Shown: positions 12,770 through 23,914 of the stretch, one piece after another
Layout: the number at the start of each line of letters is the position of its first letter
Position numbering within the stretch: the stretch's first letter is position 1
Assembly (NCBI RefSeq): GCF_001194135.2
Contig: NC_068987.1
Location: 94,395,621-94,448,531, forward strand
DNA length: 52,911 nt
Source: Octopus bimaculoides
Lineage: Eukaryota
Reading direction: 5' to 3'
Position numbers and translations under genes: made by a program
The notes under the pieces: generated by a model
The model's input: the letters and a program-made list of their open reading frames with translations, nothing else
Databases searched by the model: none
What the model was told of the DNA's origin: nothing

Positions 12770-13050
12770 CACCACCCAAGAATATGACACAAGAAACACC
12801 GGTTGGATTCTCAGCACGCATCTGTTGCTCGAAGAATGATAGTTGAGAGAGTGCGCTTGCCTTTCGTAGACTATCCTCGATATGTAGAGTTCTTTGATTA
12901 CTCCAAAGCGAAGGTTATATCTTTTCAAAGGACTGTAGCATTGGTATATTGTGTGTACGGTTTTGGATCTCATTTTCCCTCTCCTGATTTCGGTAAAACA
13001 CCAGCACTTTTTGTGAATTCTCTATTTAATGGCTTTTCTCATCTGTCGAA
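12770..13050 (-). pseudogene. Heavily decayed non-LTR reverse transcriptase fragment
   Basis: The minus frame with stops reads GVLPKSGEGK*DPKPY...STKGKRTLSTIILRATDAC*ESNRCFLC. This resembles the LINE RT motifs xxPKKGD..DxxNYR and GFRKGRST...LRQ..EK..E.N..LYLCF. Confidence 0.45.
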
Positions 13051-13289
13051 CTAGTAACAAATAAATGAAATCATCATTATTATGGTCATCATCATCATCA
13101 TCATAACGTTTTACACTCTGGCTTCACGTCCTCACAAAGTCACTTCTGTCATTTCATTATTTCGAGATCAAAAAAGTAAAGGACCAGCCTAAATACTGGA
13201 ATCAGTGTTATAAGTTGCTAGAAACAATTATTTGAAACAATTATTATCAAGTTAGTCCTACCTACGCTTATATTCCATTTGTGTTAGCT

Positions 13290-13575
13290 TACAGCATTCA
13301 CTCAAAAGGTGAGTGATACTTCAATCTGCTTTCTTGTAGATTCTGCATTTGATGACTGCTTTTTGTTGATCTTTGCCTTTACCAAACTCGTCTTAATGAC
13401 TTGTTCCTGAGAGGCTGTAATTAGCATTTTGTTCTCTCGATTCTGGTTTCCAGCCGCCAGACATGGTCAACGTTCGTTACTTCCATCATCTCCGTTTTGT
13501 TGTATGGATTAACCATACAATTTGATTTCTTTCCATCTGCCTGCTTTGTTGTTTTTCCATCTGCTGTTGTTATTA

Positions 13576-13625
<50 letters not shown>

Positions 13626-13720
13626 TTGGTTTGGCTCAGGTTCGGTCTTATTCCTGATAGGAATTACGTGGATAGCGTGTTATTATCTATAACCTTAGGT
13701 ATCCACAAGTTTCCAGCAAT
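13290..13720 (-). mobile_element. R4/Dong-type LINE fragments (pre-CCHC region; 3' end beyond an (ATT)n tract)
   Basis: Minus strand reads ASQEQVIKT..VKAKINK and KCRIYKKAD*SITHLLSECCKL (CCHC). The 3' end at 13625-13720 matches the copy at 41780-41870. Confidence 0.65.
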
Positions 13721-13749
13721 TATTAACCTTCTCATCATTATCATTATTA

Positions 13750-14020
13750 TTATTTTTATTTTACTTTTCAGAGCGCTCGGTCTTGTTTGCTCTGGTAAAT
13801 TCTGGGACCTCTAACAGTAGCCTGCTGGCGGAGGTCTCAAAGGGTCTCTTTCCGCACATTATAAGCTTCGATACTTGGCTGTTAATTATCGTAAGAAATA
13901 TTCAAGTACCAACCTCAAAATCCCAGCTGTCCTCAGCAGAGCAGGTTTTTGGGGCTTGCTCTGCTCTCATGTCAATTCTGATTTGTCTAACACATTTCTC
14001 GAACTTGGTTGATAGTGCTC
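13750..14020 (-). mobile_element. 3' end of a second R4/Dong-type LINE family
   Basis: Minus strand ends ...EQAPKTCSAEDSWDFEV (frameshifted LQKxxLLxTAxILR terminus) plus a 3' UTR. The same UTR (AAGTATC.AAGCTTATAATGTGCGGAAA...CAGAGCAAACAAGACCGAG) is on + at 27660-27790. Confidence 0.6.
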
Positions 14021-14109
14021 CGAGTGCCCCTATTATTATCATCATCATCATTATTATTATTGCCTTTGCACAGCTTCTAACGCTGGAGATGTACTACGGT
14101 ATCAGCTAT

Positions 14110-14915
14110 TCGCTACCAGTGAACTAAGGCAAAACCTCTTATTTTTCAAGCACCTTCCGGAGTATTCAAGCGGTTCCAAGCAGTGCTGGCTTCTGCAAGT
14201 GCTCCACCCTTATTGCAGCCCCTATTTGTTCCAGGTACTTCTCGAGATTTTTGCTGACTGTTCCCTGGGCTCCGAAAAGTATTGATACTACTGCTATCTT
14301 TTTCATCGACCACAACTGCTTAACTTCCCAAACTAACCTGTCATATCTATCGACTTTTCTTTCTTCCTTGTTGTCAGCTGGGCATCCTATATCTATGATC
14401 CAGCATAGTTTGCTTTCTTTCTTAATTACGATTATGTCTGGCTTCCTATTCTCTATCTCATGGTCGCACTGAATCATAAAATACCACAGGATCTTTGTAT
14501 TATCGTTTTCGACGATGCCTTCAGGTTTATGGTCGTACCACCTTTTGATCTGTCAAGTCTATACTTGTTTCAAAGTGTCCAATGGACAAGCCTGGCGTCT
14601 CTTATATTCCTTCTGGGCTAGTGGCGTACATTGGCTGGTAATATGCCATATGGTTTCACTGTTTTGTCCACAGATTCTGCTCTTATCACTTTCTGCTGTG
14701 TTGTCTATTCTGTATTTTATGTAATTTGTTCTTAGTGCTTTCTTTTAGTTACTTTTAGTCATCCACAACCATCTTTTTTCTCTTTCTGTCGGTCTTATCT
14801 TCAACATCCCTATAAAATTGACCATGCATTCTTTTCTTTACCCACCTATTTACAGTTTCATTCGTTTTCAACTTCTTGTATAGTGCTTTTATCTTTGCAA
14901 TCTTTCATCCTACAC
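14110..14915 (-). mobile_element. R4/Dong-type LINE 3' fragment: CCHC knuckle plus restriction-like endonuclease
   Basis: RICGQNSETIWHITSQCTPLAQKEYKRR is followed by IQCDHEIENRKPDIIVIKKESKLCWIIDIGCPAD...EVKQLWSMKK...LQKPALLGTA (PD..D motif). It is flanked by (ATT)n. Confidence 0.88.
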
Positions 14916-14923
14916 AAGCCTGG

Positions 14924-14963
<40 letters not shown>

Positions 14964-14965
<2 letters not shown>

Positions 14966-15168
14966 GAGGTGACGTGACAGGACAGTTGGCACGCCGGACA
15001 AAGTGCTTAGCGGCATCTTCTCCGTCTTTACGTTCTGAGTTCAAATTCCACGAGATCGACTTTCCCGTTCATCCTTTCGGGGTCGATAAAATAAATACCA
15101 CTTGCTGGAGTCGATGTAATCGACTTACCCCTCCCAGAATTTGCTAGTCTTCTGCCAAAATTTGAAAT
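14964..15168 (+). mobile_element. tRNA-derived SINE family B (central CCTTTCATCCTTTCGGGGTCGATAAAATAAGTACC domain, Meta-SINE-like)
   Basis: It has a head with TGAGTTCAAATTC (B-box), the conserved central domain and a GTCGATGTAATCGAC hairpin, and is embedded in (ATT)n. There are many copies in the window. Confidence 0.88.
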
Positions 15169-15652
15169 CGTCGTCATCATCACCGTAATAATAATTATTA
15201 TTATTATTATTGAGCGAGAGTGAATGCATGCTATCAAAGTGGCACTGGAATAAAATATACGATGCCCAGTCAGACGACCAGTCTAATAAGGGGACACCAG
15301 GAACATGCATCACAGCCATATGTGCCCGACATAGTGATCTCATATCCAGATAAACAGCGCATGAACTTGCAGGTAAGGCCCAGTTAGAATTTTCTTCATG
15401 TAGAGTAGTCCATTCCGCTCAAAATTCCCTGAATAAGGGTTGTTTAAGGATGTTGAAGAAAACACCCATGTTTCCAAAGGTGAGTTGTCCAGACTCCAAA
15501 GAATTTCAGAGATGCACATATCGTCAGCCACCAAGGGACATGCTCAGCTGGTTAAGGTCAAACAACTGACAAGCAAATCTGCGGTATTGAGCAGAATATT
15601 TACTGTAGCCCATCTTTTATACCAAGACATCATCATCATCATTATTATAAAT

Positions 15653-15865
15653 AAGGTGGTGAGCTGCCCGCATCGTTAGCAGGCCTGGTGAAATGCTCAG
15701 CGATATTTCGCTGTTACGTTCTGCGATCAAATTCCGCCGAGGTCGACTTTGCCTTTCATCCTTTCTGGGTCGATAAATGAAGTACCAGTGAAACGCTGGG
15801 GTCGATCTGCTCGACTATACCTCTCCCCTCAAATTCCAGGCCTTGTGCCTATAGTAGAAAGGATT
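15653..15865 (+). mobile_element. SINE family B copy
   Basis: Full AAGGTGGTGAGCTG...GAAAGGATTATT structure. Confidence 0.88.
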
Positions 15866-16009
15866 ATTGTCATTATCTTTTTATCACGGGTTTTGTTGAA
15901 GATCCTGGAGTCTTGCATGCGTAACGAGTTTACTACCTGCAGCCTACGGCACCATGCTATCCATTTTTTCAGCTATTTAATACTTTCCTGATTATTCTGG
16001 TCATGCCAA

Positions 16010-16825
16010 GGAGACAAAACTTTTTGTAACAGCTCTACTGGGCACTTTATTCCAATTTCCTTTATATGCCCCCTTTATGCTTTCTGATACTGTCCCCAAG
16101 GACCCAACAATTATTGGCATTATCTTCACCTTCTTCGTTTTCCATAGCCGGACTATTTCATATTTAAGAGGGTTGTATCTATCTACCTATCTTTTCACCT
16201 TCTTTCTTGACTTTTCGTGGGTCAAAGGAGCATGCAACATCTACTCTATAACATATGTGGTGCACCTTACCCACCACCACTAGGTCTTGTCTGTTATGCT
16301 CTGGCACCTGATCTATTTGGATTGGGAAATCCCAGAGGCTTTTGCTAGTCTCCGACTCCGACACTCTCTGCAGTTTGTGCTCACCTCACGTCTTGCATCT
16401 CTCTAGCCCCCACCTTTCGCACAGTTTCCAGTGGAGCACTTTGGCTACCTGATCGTGTCGCCACAACTTGTAGTGGTTTTGGGTAAGTCTAGGGCATTCG
16501 TTCGTGATATGGGCAATGGTTTCATCCACTCTATTGCAGATGCAGCACAGAGTTGACACTTGCTCATTCCTAAGGTTGACCTTACAGTTCTGGACCAAAG
16601 CTTGACTGCCAGTATATTGCCCTCGCTCTCTTCTTTTATTGTTCCTTTCTGCAGCCAATCCACCACATTTTTTCCAGCAACTTCACTTTTGGCTCCATGG
16701 AATTGATTGTATAGTCCTTTCTTGTGTAATTCTTTTTCACGCCCTTTTTGTACTTCTTCCTTTGTTTTCTCTTTTGAAAGAAGTATTATTTTAAAGATAT
16801 CACATTTTTGTAAGATCTCGAAATC
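16010..16825 (-). mobile_element. R4/Dong-type LINE 3' fragment (CCHC plus RLE), frameshifted
   Basis: LCCICNRVDETIAHITNECPRLTQNHYKLWRHDQVAKVLHWKLCERWG and LWDFPIQIDQVPEHNRQDLVVVGKVHHICYRVDVACSFDP. Confidence 0.88.
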
Positions 16826-16889
16826 GATAGGAGTGCCCACCATCATCATCATCATTATTATAATTATTATTATTATTATTATTATTATG

Positions 16890-17310
16890 GAGGCACTGAG
16901 CTGGCAGAACTGTTAGCTCGCCGGGTAAAAATGCCTAACAGTATTTCGCCCGTTGTTACAATCTGAGTTCATATTCCGTCGAGGTGAATTTTGCCTTTAG
17001 TCCTTTCAGGGTCGATAAACTAAGTACCAGTGAAACACTGAGGTCGATGTGATCGACTGGTCCCTTCCCTACAAATTTCATGCCTTGTGCCTTTAGTAGA
17101 AAGGATTACTATTGTTGTTATGAAAGCAACGAGTTGGCAGAATCGTCAGCACGCCGGAAAAAATGCTCAGCGGCATTTCATCCGTCTTTACGTTTTGAGT
17201 TCAAATTCGACTTTGCCTTTCATTCTTTCGGCGTTGAGCAATTGGGATAGATGTAATCGGCTTCACCCTTCCCTCAAAGTTGCTGACTTTGTTCCAAATT
17301 TAGAAAAATA
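16890..17310 (+). mobile_element. Two tandem SINE family B copies (16890-17112, 17125-17310)
   Basis: Two heads (GAGCTGGCAGAACTG and GAGTTGGCAGAATCG), each with the central domain, are separated by ATTACTATTGTTGTT. Confidence 0.85.
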
Positions 17311-18388
17311 TTTTTATTCGTCATTAGTTTGTTCATTTGTTTTATACGTTTTAAAGTTGTTCATTGTTGAAAGTTTGTTATATTTTATGCTTAATAAAAC
17401 ACACAGGGCTAAATAAAACGCATAGCGCTGATGACATTTTTGATTCTTGTTTCTTTGGCTCAAATTAGAAAGATTTTCAAATTTTGTTTTGAAAAACATT
17501 TAAATAGTAATGAAAGTTAAAATCCTTATTTGAGAGCTATTTACTTATCTCAAAAACCAGAACTCAATTTGTTAAATCTGAAATCAGTTTTAGATTCAGA
17601 ATCTCATGAATTCATTCAAATATTCTCAGCAACTACACAAAAGTGCTTTTGTTTGCCGTGTTATAACATTAATAATTCATTTATTTCACTTTGTATGAAT
17701 TATTTGTTCGAAACCTAATACGTAGACATAATGTTGTTCCTAAATGTGTCCCATTGAAACAATTCACAAGTTAATGATTGTCTAAACTAGCTTCATTATA
17801 AATTTTATTCTCTTTCTCATCAAATAATTTGTCCAATACAAAGAATATTGAAATGAAAATCTGTTGCTCCTAAATTCTCATGGTCATGTGAGGCCATTGT
17901 TTTAGCTTATCGCTAAGTTGGGCATAAAAAAAGGTTCTCCATCTCAAAAATATTTGCCCACCCTTATTTAGGTTATTCATAAACTCGATGAAAGTTGATG
18001 CTATGTGTTGGTGGTGGTGGTTGCTATGGAAGCTAGTAATAAATTTAGATTCTGTCAATTGCTATTCGTTTTCCAATTACCGAAGCTGTTCAAAGGAAAC
18101 CTTGAGTTCTTTTCTAATTTTTTTTTTCTTTTTGTGACTATATACAACTGAAACTCACAATTATTTTTGTTATTTCTTAATTAGTTTTCCAAAATGGTCT
18201 TCTAAAATGTTCCTTTTACACTTCTTAATACGAATTTCATCTAAATTTATATTCTTACAGCACAGAGATATTGAGAGATTTTTTAAAATATTTATTCAAA
18301 GATGTGAGTTTGAACCATTTTTTTTTTCTCTCGTACCAACATTTTAAAATCAACGAACGATCATTATGTAGGTGTTGGAACAGTTAGA

Positions 18389-18880
18389 AGTAAAGATTAT
18401 TTTTCAACATAACATGGCAGTCCTGGTTTAGGACGAATGTTGCTGTAATTTTGCCCCGGGAGACATCGTCTCCAGCTGGCTATATGACACGATCTGTGTC
18501 CTCGTATTTTCGAACAAGAGAATCTAGCACCCCCACTCAGCTCAAAATAATATCTGTGTATCGCGATTTCCGGGTTATTTCGCTTCATCAGCACAGATTA
18601 ATAGTTCGATAGAGGTGGTGCTGCCAAATTCCCGTTTGAAATAAATAGTTTTCAAAGTGACAACTAGTCACTGATTTATAAATTAGAAAATTACTATTTT
18701 TAAATCTCACAACGAGAACACAGATCGTGCCGTATAGCCAGCTGGAGACGATGTCTCCTGGGGCTAAATTACAGCAACATTCGTCCCAAGCCAGGACTGC
18801 CATGTTATGTTGACAAACAATCTTTACTCCAGAGTACTATTGCTGAATATCTCTCGTTGTGAGATTTCAAAATAGTAACT
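18389..18880. mobile_element. Foldback element: 117-bp inverted repeats plus nested 27-bp inverted repeats; probable Penelope-like pseudo-LTR derivative
   Basis: 18389-18505 versus the reverse complement of 18712-18828 gives 108/117 identity with no indels. 18691-18717 versus 18852-18878 gives 26/27. A hammerhead motif lies in the spacer. The inverted repeats are read directly; the Penelope assignment is inference. Confidence 0.7.
18552..18598 (-). ncRNA. Minimal type I hammerhead ribozyme, near-intact
   Basis: Minus strand: AUCUGUG-CUGAUGA-A-GCG-AAAUAA-CCC-G-GAAA-UCGCGA-U-A-CACAGAU. Helix I is a perfect 7 bp, the core is complete, helix III is palindromic (AUCGCGAU), and the triplet is AUA. 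Helix II is weak (2 of 3 bp). Confidence 0.8.
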
Positions 18881-19586
18881 TCCTGAAAAATAGTAACTTC
18901 ACATCTAAATCTTCCTTAAATCACATCGTCGTAAAAAAAAAATAAGACGCGTGGGATAATTTTAGATATTTAAAAAGACAGGACGGTCACAGTTCTGTCA
19001 CACCTGATCGTATATTCTTACAAACTACATTTTCGAATAAACAACAACAACAAATACTTATGAGGGATCTTTTCCATTTTAAGGGTGCTACTGTGTATTG
19101 CTGTATTTGGATATTCTGAAGTTTTCTACATAACGTCATTCCAGATGACTTCACGAGCGAAGATTTATGACGGACAGGGTTCAGTTTACGTCGACACTAG
19201 CCTCGTCGGTGGCCGTCGAAGCCAATACAAGACCGCAAGGCCCGGTCACAGGAGTTACAAGAGAAAATCTGCTCTGGGTTTCATGTTGCTGTGATGCAAT
19301 CGTTTTTCAATCTCCTTCACTCTTTCAAAGTGGAATCATTGCTAGAAGGTAGAGACGATGCAATGATGGACAGTATGAGGCTACACCGTGTGGTCGGAGT
19401 GTATGAAAGGCAACAGGCGATGGTCAATGTGAAAGGCAAGCCACAGACTTTTTGAAGCGTCCAGAAGTATAAAAATTAAAAAGGAATTGCTTTCAGCGGT
19501 GTTCAAGTCTTTCTGTAGCCAGAAATGATTCATAGCTTTCACAACGTATTTATGTCTCTCAGCCTTCTTCCCCTCTCTCTTTCTCT

Positions 19587-19628
<42 letters not shown>

Positions 19629-19765
19629 CTTAGGTATTGTGAGACCAATAACCTGATGAAAAACTCAATATACGTATGTTTCAGAACGAAGTGTTGGCTG
19701 AGTATAGAGCAGTAATAAGAAAGAGAGATGACAAAAGAATGAATGATTATCTTATGAACAGCATT

Positions 19766-19846
19766 AGCTTACAGTCGTTTCTGCTATAGGATGCAGTGGA
19801 TTGATAGCTGAATGTCTGACTAACATCTTATAGCTTCATCGGACCA
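19766..19846 (-). ncRNA. Degenerate type I hammerhead motif (Penelope-like)
   Basis: Minus strand: CCGAUGA-A-GCUAUAAGAUG...CAUCCUAUAGC-A-GAAA-C-GACU-GUA-AGCU. Helix II is 10/11 bp. U4 is changed to C and helix I is disrupted. Confidence 0.6.
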
Positions 19847-20169
19847 TATAAAATGCAATTTATTTAGGAAAGATTTACATTTGTGCCTATATATGTGTAT
19901 ACAAGAAAGGTGTATGTCCAAAAGAAGCTCTCTCTCTTATGTGTGTGTGTATGTATGTATGTATGTATGTGTGTGTGTGTATTAAATTTCGAATTAAAAT
20001 AAGATCTAATAATGTCAACATTATCGGTCGCACATGCAGAGTGTATTTGTTTTGTTTATACGCCAATTTGCTGCGGGATAGCGTCCTGGGAAAGTTCCCT
20101 ACACGACACCGTATGTAAAGGAAGACTAAATGTACCAGACATGTGAGACAGCTTGTCAGAGGTGAATGA

Positions 20170-20360
20170 GAATGATAAATATCGATATTTAGCTATCGTT
20201 GTAGATCCTCAGGACGACTTACGCGATTCACCTCGGAACGAAATAGAATTCACACTGTTTCCATATATGCCCCACACCAGTGATTCAATTCGTTTCTCAA
20301 TTACTTGGGAATGTAGTACTGAGGATCTATAACAATAGCGAAATGTATCTATCGTTCATT
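20170..20360. mobile_element. Old diverged inverted repeat carrying a hammerhead-like motif on each arm
   Basis: 20192-20212 versus 20319-20339 gives 19/21 inverted identity. Plus arm: CUGAGGA-U-CUAU-AACA-AUAG-C-GAAA-UGUAUCUA-UC. Minus arm: CUGAGGA...AUAGC-UAAA followed by the palindrome AAATATCGATATTT (20177-20190). Confidence 0.5.
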
Positions 20361-20661
20361 TCGGGTGAGTTGTCTCACGTGGGACTTTCAGTGTTCTTTA
20401 ACACTCGACGTCGTGTAGGGAATTTTCCCAAGAGACTATCCCGCAGCAAACCAGCGTATAAACAAAATACATGCACTATGTGTGTGTGTGTGACGGTGAT
20501 GCATCCATCTCAGTCACAGCTCGCTCGTTGAAACGTTGAAACCAGAAAACTTTTAAAAGACAGCAAATAAACATATAAAAGTATTTTTATGTGAAGTGAG
20601 AGAAGAAAACACAATGTTGCAAGAATATATATGAATACTCACACAAACGCATAAATACGCG

Positions 20662-20709
<48 letters not shown>

Positions 20710-21149
20710 AATATACACATACATAAATATACACATACATATGCAAAGTGTCCAAAATATTGAATGATTATAAAGTTTGTTTTTATTACAAAACATCTCA
20801 TTTTCAAAGTTTAATAGAATCTACAGACAGTATTTTTTTTGTTCTACTTTCACATTCTTCAAACTGNNNNNNNNNNNNNNNNNNNNNNNNNNNNNNNNNN
20901 NNNNNNNNNNNNNNNNNNNNNNNNNNNNNNNNNNNNNNNNNNNNNNNNNNNNNNNNNNNNNNNNNNNNNNNNNNNNNNNNNNNNNNNNNNNNNNNNNNNN
21001 NNNNNNNNNNNNNNNNNNNNNATATATATATATATATACATAAATATATATATATATGTATATGTATAAACATTTAGTGGTATAAGATTCGGTGAACACA
21101 GAAAGTATTCTGTTGAACCTCTTCGTTCAACCCACTAGTTCAATAGAAT

Positions 21150-21760
21150 CTCATCAAAATCTGTCCTTACAATGTTAGTAAGGGTGCGCCCCATTTTGCT
21201 GGAAATAAAGGTCCACATTTTCAAAATCCCCTTGAATTTTTGTTACAACAGATTGTCACAGCAAGTAAACAGGACCGATCATAAGTAGCCTCGAAAAAGA
21301 ACGGTCCAATTAATTCTTTTGATAAGTAACGCCATAATGTAACTTTTGGTAAATGAAGATGATGTTTGCTCCATAATGTGCAGATTCTCATGTCCCCAGG
21401 AGTTACAATTGTGGAGGCTAATTGAACCATTTAATTAATCATAGCTTCATCATTCCAGACAATCTTTGTTTAAAAGTGTACATCTTCTACACATCTTGAC
21501 AAGTACCCATAGCACAATTCCTACCCTTGGCCTCGATCATTTCCAACTCGTCTTCTTGAACTGTAACTTTTCCAATATCAGCGCTTTGAATGCTTCGTCT
21601 TCAAACTCTTATATAACGACTTGTTTATCGCATTGATTATCGTGAATTTTGGTAACACGTCTCGTTCCGTTTTTTGCTTTGAGAAGCTTATCCATTGTCT
21701 TTGATCTTCTAGAATGTTTCGGACATTTTTCTCCAATTCGAGTCATGCTAAATTGCTTAG
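21150..21760 (-). pseudogene. Tc1/mariner transposase remnant (rosa/maT-like), frameshifted
   Basis: Minus strand reads KIVWNDEAM..NGSISLHNCNSWGHENLH, LHLPKVTLW...LIGPFFFE and LYFQQNGAHPY. These match FSDEAHF.LNG.VN..N.R.WG.ENPH, KVTVW...IIGPYFFE and FQQDGAP.H. Confidence 0.8.
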
Positions 21761-21927
21761 ATGCAATTATTTGAATTCCACCCCACATTAAACTGGCTTT
21801 GCATTTCGACTACTTTTTAAAAAATTTCCAGCAATATTTTAAAATAAATTTCCTTCATTCAAGTCTTAGTATGGTTCCCTTCGTTATTTTTAAAGAGTTA
21901 AATCTAAAATGAAATGAAAATTAAGTG

Positions 21928-22325
21928 GGAGTGGCTGTGTGGTAAGTAGCTAGCTTACCAACCACATGGTTCCGGGTTCAGTCCCACTGCGTGGCACCTT
22001 GGGCAAGTGTCTTCTACTATAGCCTCGGGCCGACCAAAGCCATGTGAGTGGATTTGGTAGACGGAAACTGAAAGAAGCCCGTCGTATATATATGTATATA
22101 TATATATGTGTGTGTGTGTATGTTTGTGTTTGTCCCCCAACATCGTTTGGCAACCGATGCTGGTGTGTTTACGTCCCCGTAACTTAGCGGTTCGGCAAAA
22201 GAGACCGATAGAATAAGTACTAGGCATCCAAAGAATAAGTCCTGGGGTCGATTTGCTCGACTAAAGGTGGTGCTCCAGCATGGCCGCAGTCAAAAGACTG
22301 AAACAAGTAATAAAAAAAAAAGGAG
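21928..22325 (+). mobile_element. SINE family A (CORE-type), full length
   Basis: Collinear with 7224-7675, with a shorter internal microsatellite and an A-rich tail. Confidence 0.9.
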
Positions 22326-23914
22326 TATCAGCCGTTAGAGTATTGGGGAGGGGGGCACCTCCACACACACACACACACACTCATGTTTCAATTGCACTTC
22401 ATCGCCCAAAGGAGTTCTACTTTTAAAAAAAATTATATTTTACTTGATGACGAGAAATGTTGGTAAAACTATATCCTCCTGCCCCACTCCCCAGCCCCTA
22501 CCGCACATGTTTGTAATCGTTGGGTGTAATAGCTTTTGAAGTGTGCGGACAGTGCGACAAAATGTAAGATTCATTTGTTAAACAGCTACGACGACTATCG
22601 ACGCCCCACCACCACCACCACAACCACTATCACTACCTACTACTACTATTAGTGCTAGATTTATTGTTGTTGTTGTTACTGCTAGTGCTGCTGTTAATAA
22701 TATCAGCAGAAATACTTCCGCCCCTCCTCTCAAAAGCAGATGGTGTGATTAAGCAACCGATGAAATTCGTTTAAAAAAAGTTGTATTTTCAGGAGGGGGC
22801 ATATGGAGGGAAAGGGCTACAAAAATATCATCAGGATGATGATGATGATGATGATCATCATCATCATTAGTAGTGATGGTGGTGGTGGTGGTGGCGGCAG
22901 CAGCAGCAACAAAGCCCACAAAACGAGTAGCAACAATGAGACAATAAGGCAGCTTTTACGGAGTATCTTCCTGCTAGACACAGCAACCAAATCTCAAAAG
23001 ACACACAGCGCTTTTGAAAAGGAAATCCCTTAAATATTGTAGATTAAGATTCTTTCTAGAAATAATCGGTTTCAATTTAAACGTGTTTCTTCGATCAGAA
23101 TTGATCCAATGTTGCTAAGCAACATCCACAAAAGCAGTAAAGGCTCAAACTGGACCATAAAGACAATTCCATATTTTATAACAGAAGAGTGTAAGGACAA
23201 GTCGACGTGGAGGCCTGTAAGCGGTAGCTTGATGTGCTAGAAATACCAGCTAAAATCTCAAATCATACTCTTTGAGGAAAGGAAAACACTGGTTAATGGA
23301 GTCCTAGGTGCACTTGATCAGATTCACAGGCAGGGTGGTCACTGCTTTACTGTTTTTGATCAGAGCTGATGTGGCTTAATCAATGACAACATCTGTAACG
23401 ATAAACGAAGTATTCATTACCTAGTCGATATGCAGCGCCTCTGTCTTCTCAATTCAACATACATCGAGAAAGACAGGAAGCAGTCGTTTAACCTGCTGGA
23501 AATAGCAGATAAACCTTCATTTGAATTTCGTTTCGTTTTTCATATTACACCCTTGAGTATTTTTTGTAAAAAGGACATGAAATAATGTAGTCTTAAACGC
23601 AGTATGTTAGAATAAAAGGCAGGATGGTCAAAGCTGGAATGCCTTTAATTATAAGAGTACTCGATCGGGATTAACAAGAACAACGACAACTAATTACATG
23701 TCCTTTGAATATTAATTAGAAATGTTGTTAGTCAGACACGTTACAATACCACCACCATTTCTATCAAAAAAACAAAAATGTCGGTCTTACATTAACTGAA
23801 AATGGTATCTACATGTCCACATGCAGACACCAGGAGACTTCGGTGGGGCTTGTGCAGAGCCATCTGTCATTCCACCTGGTAATCATCATTATCATTAGTG
23901 CATTAGTTCAATAG

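Noticed and set aside
13300-13316. AAAAG|GTGAGT (also 15371 and 15478) as further AG|GT sites
   Set aside because: They lie inside antisense repeat fragments and lack a good pyrimidine tract.
19085-19500. Possible decayed Tc1-like coding sequence
   Set aside because: No catalytic motif could be aligned convincingly.
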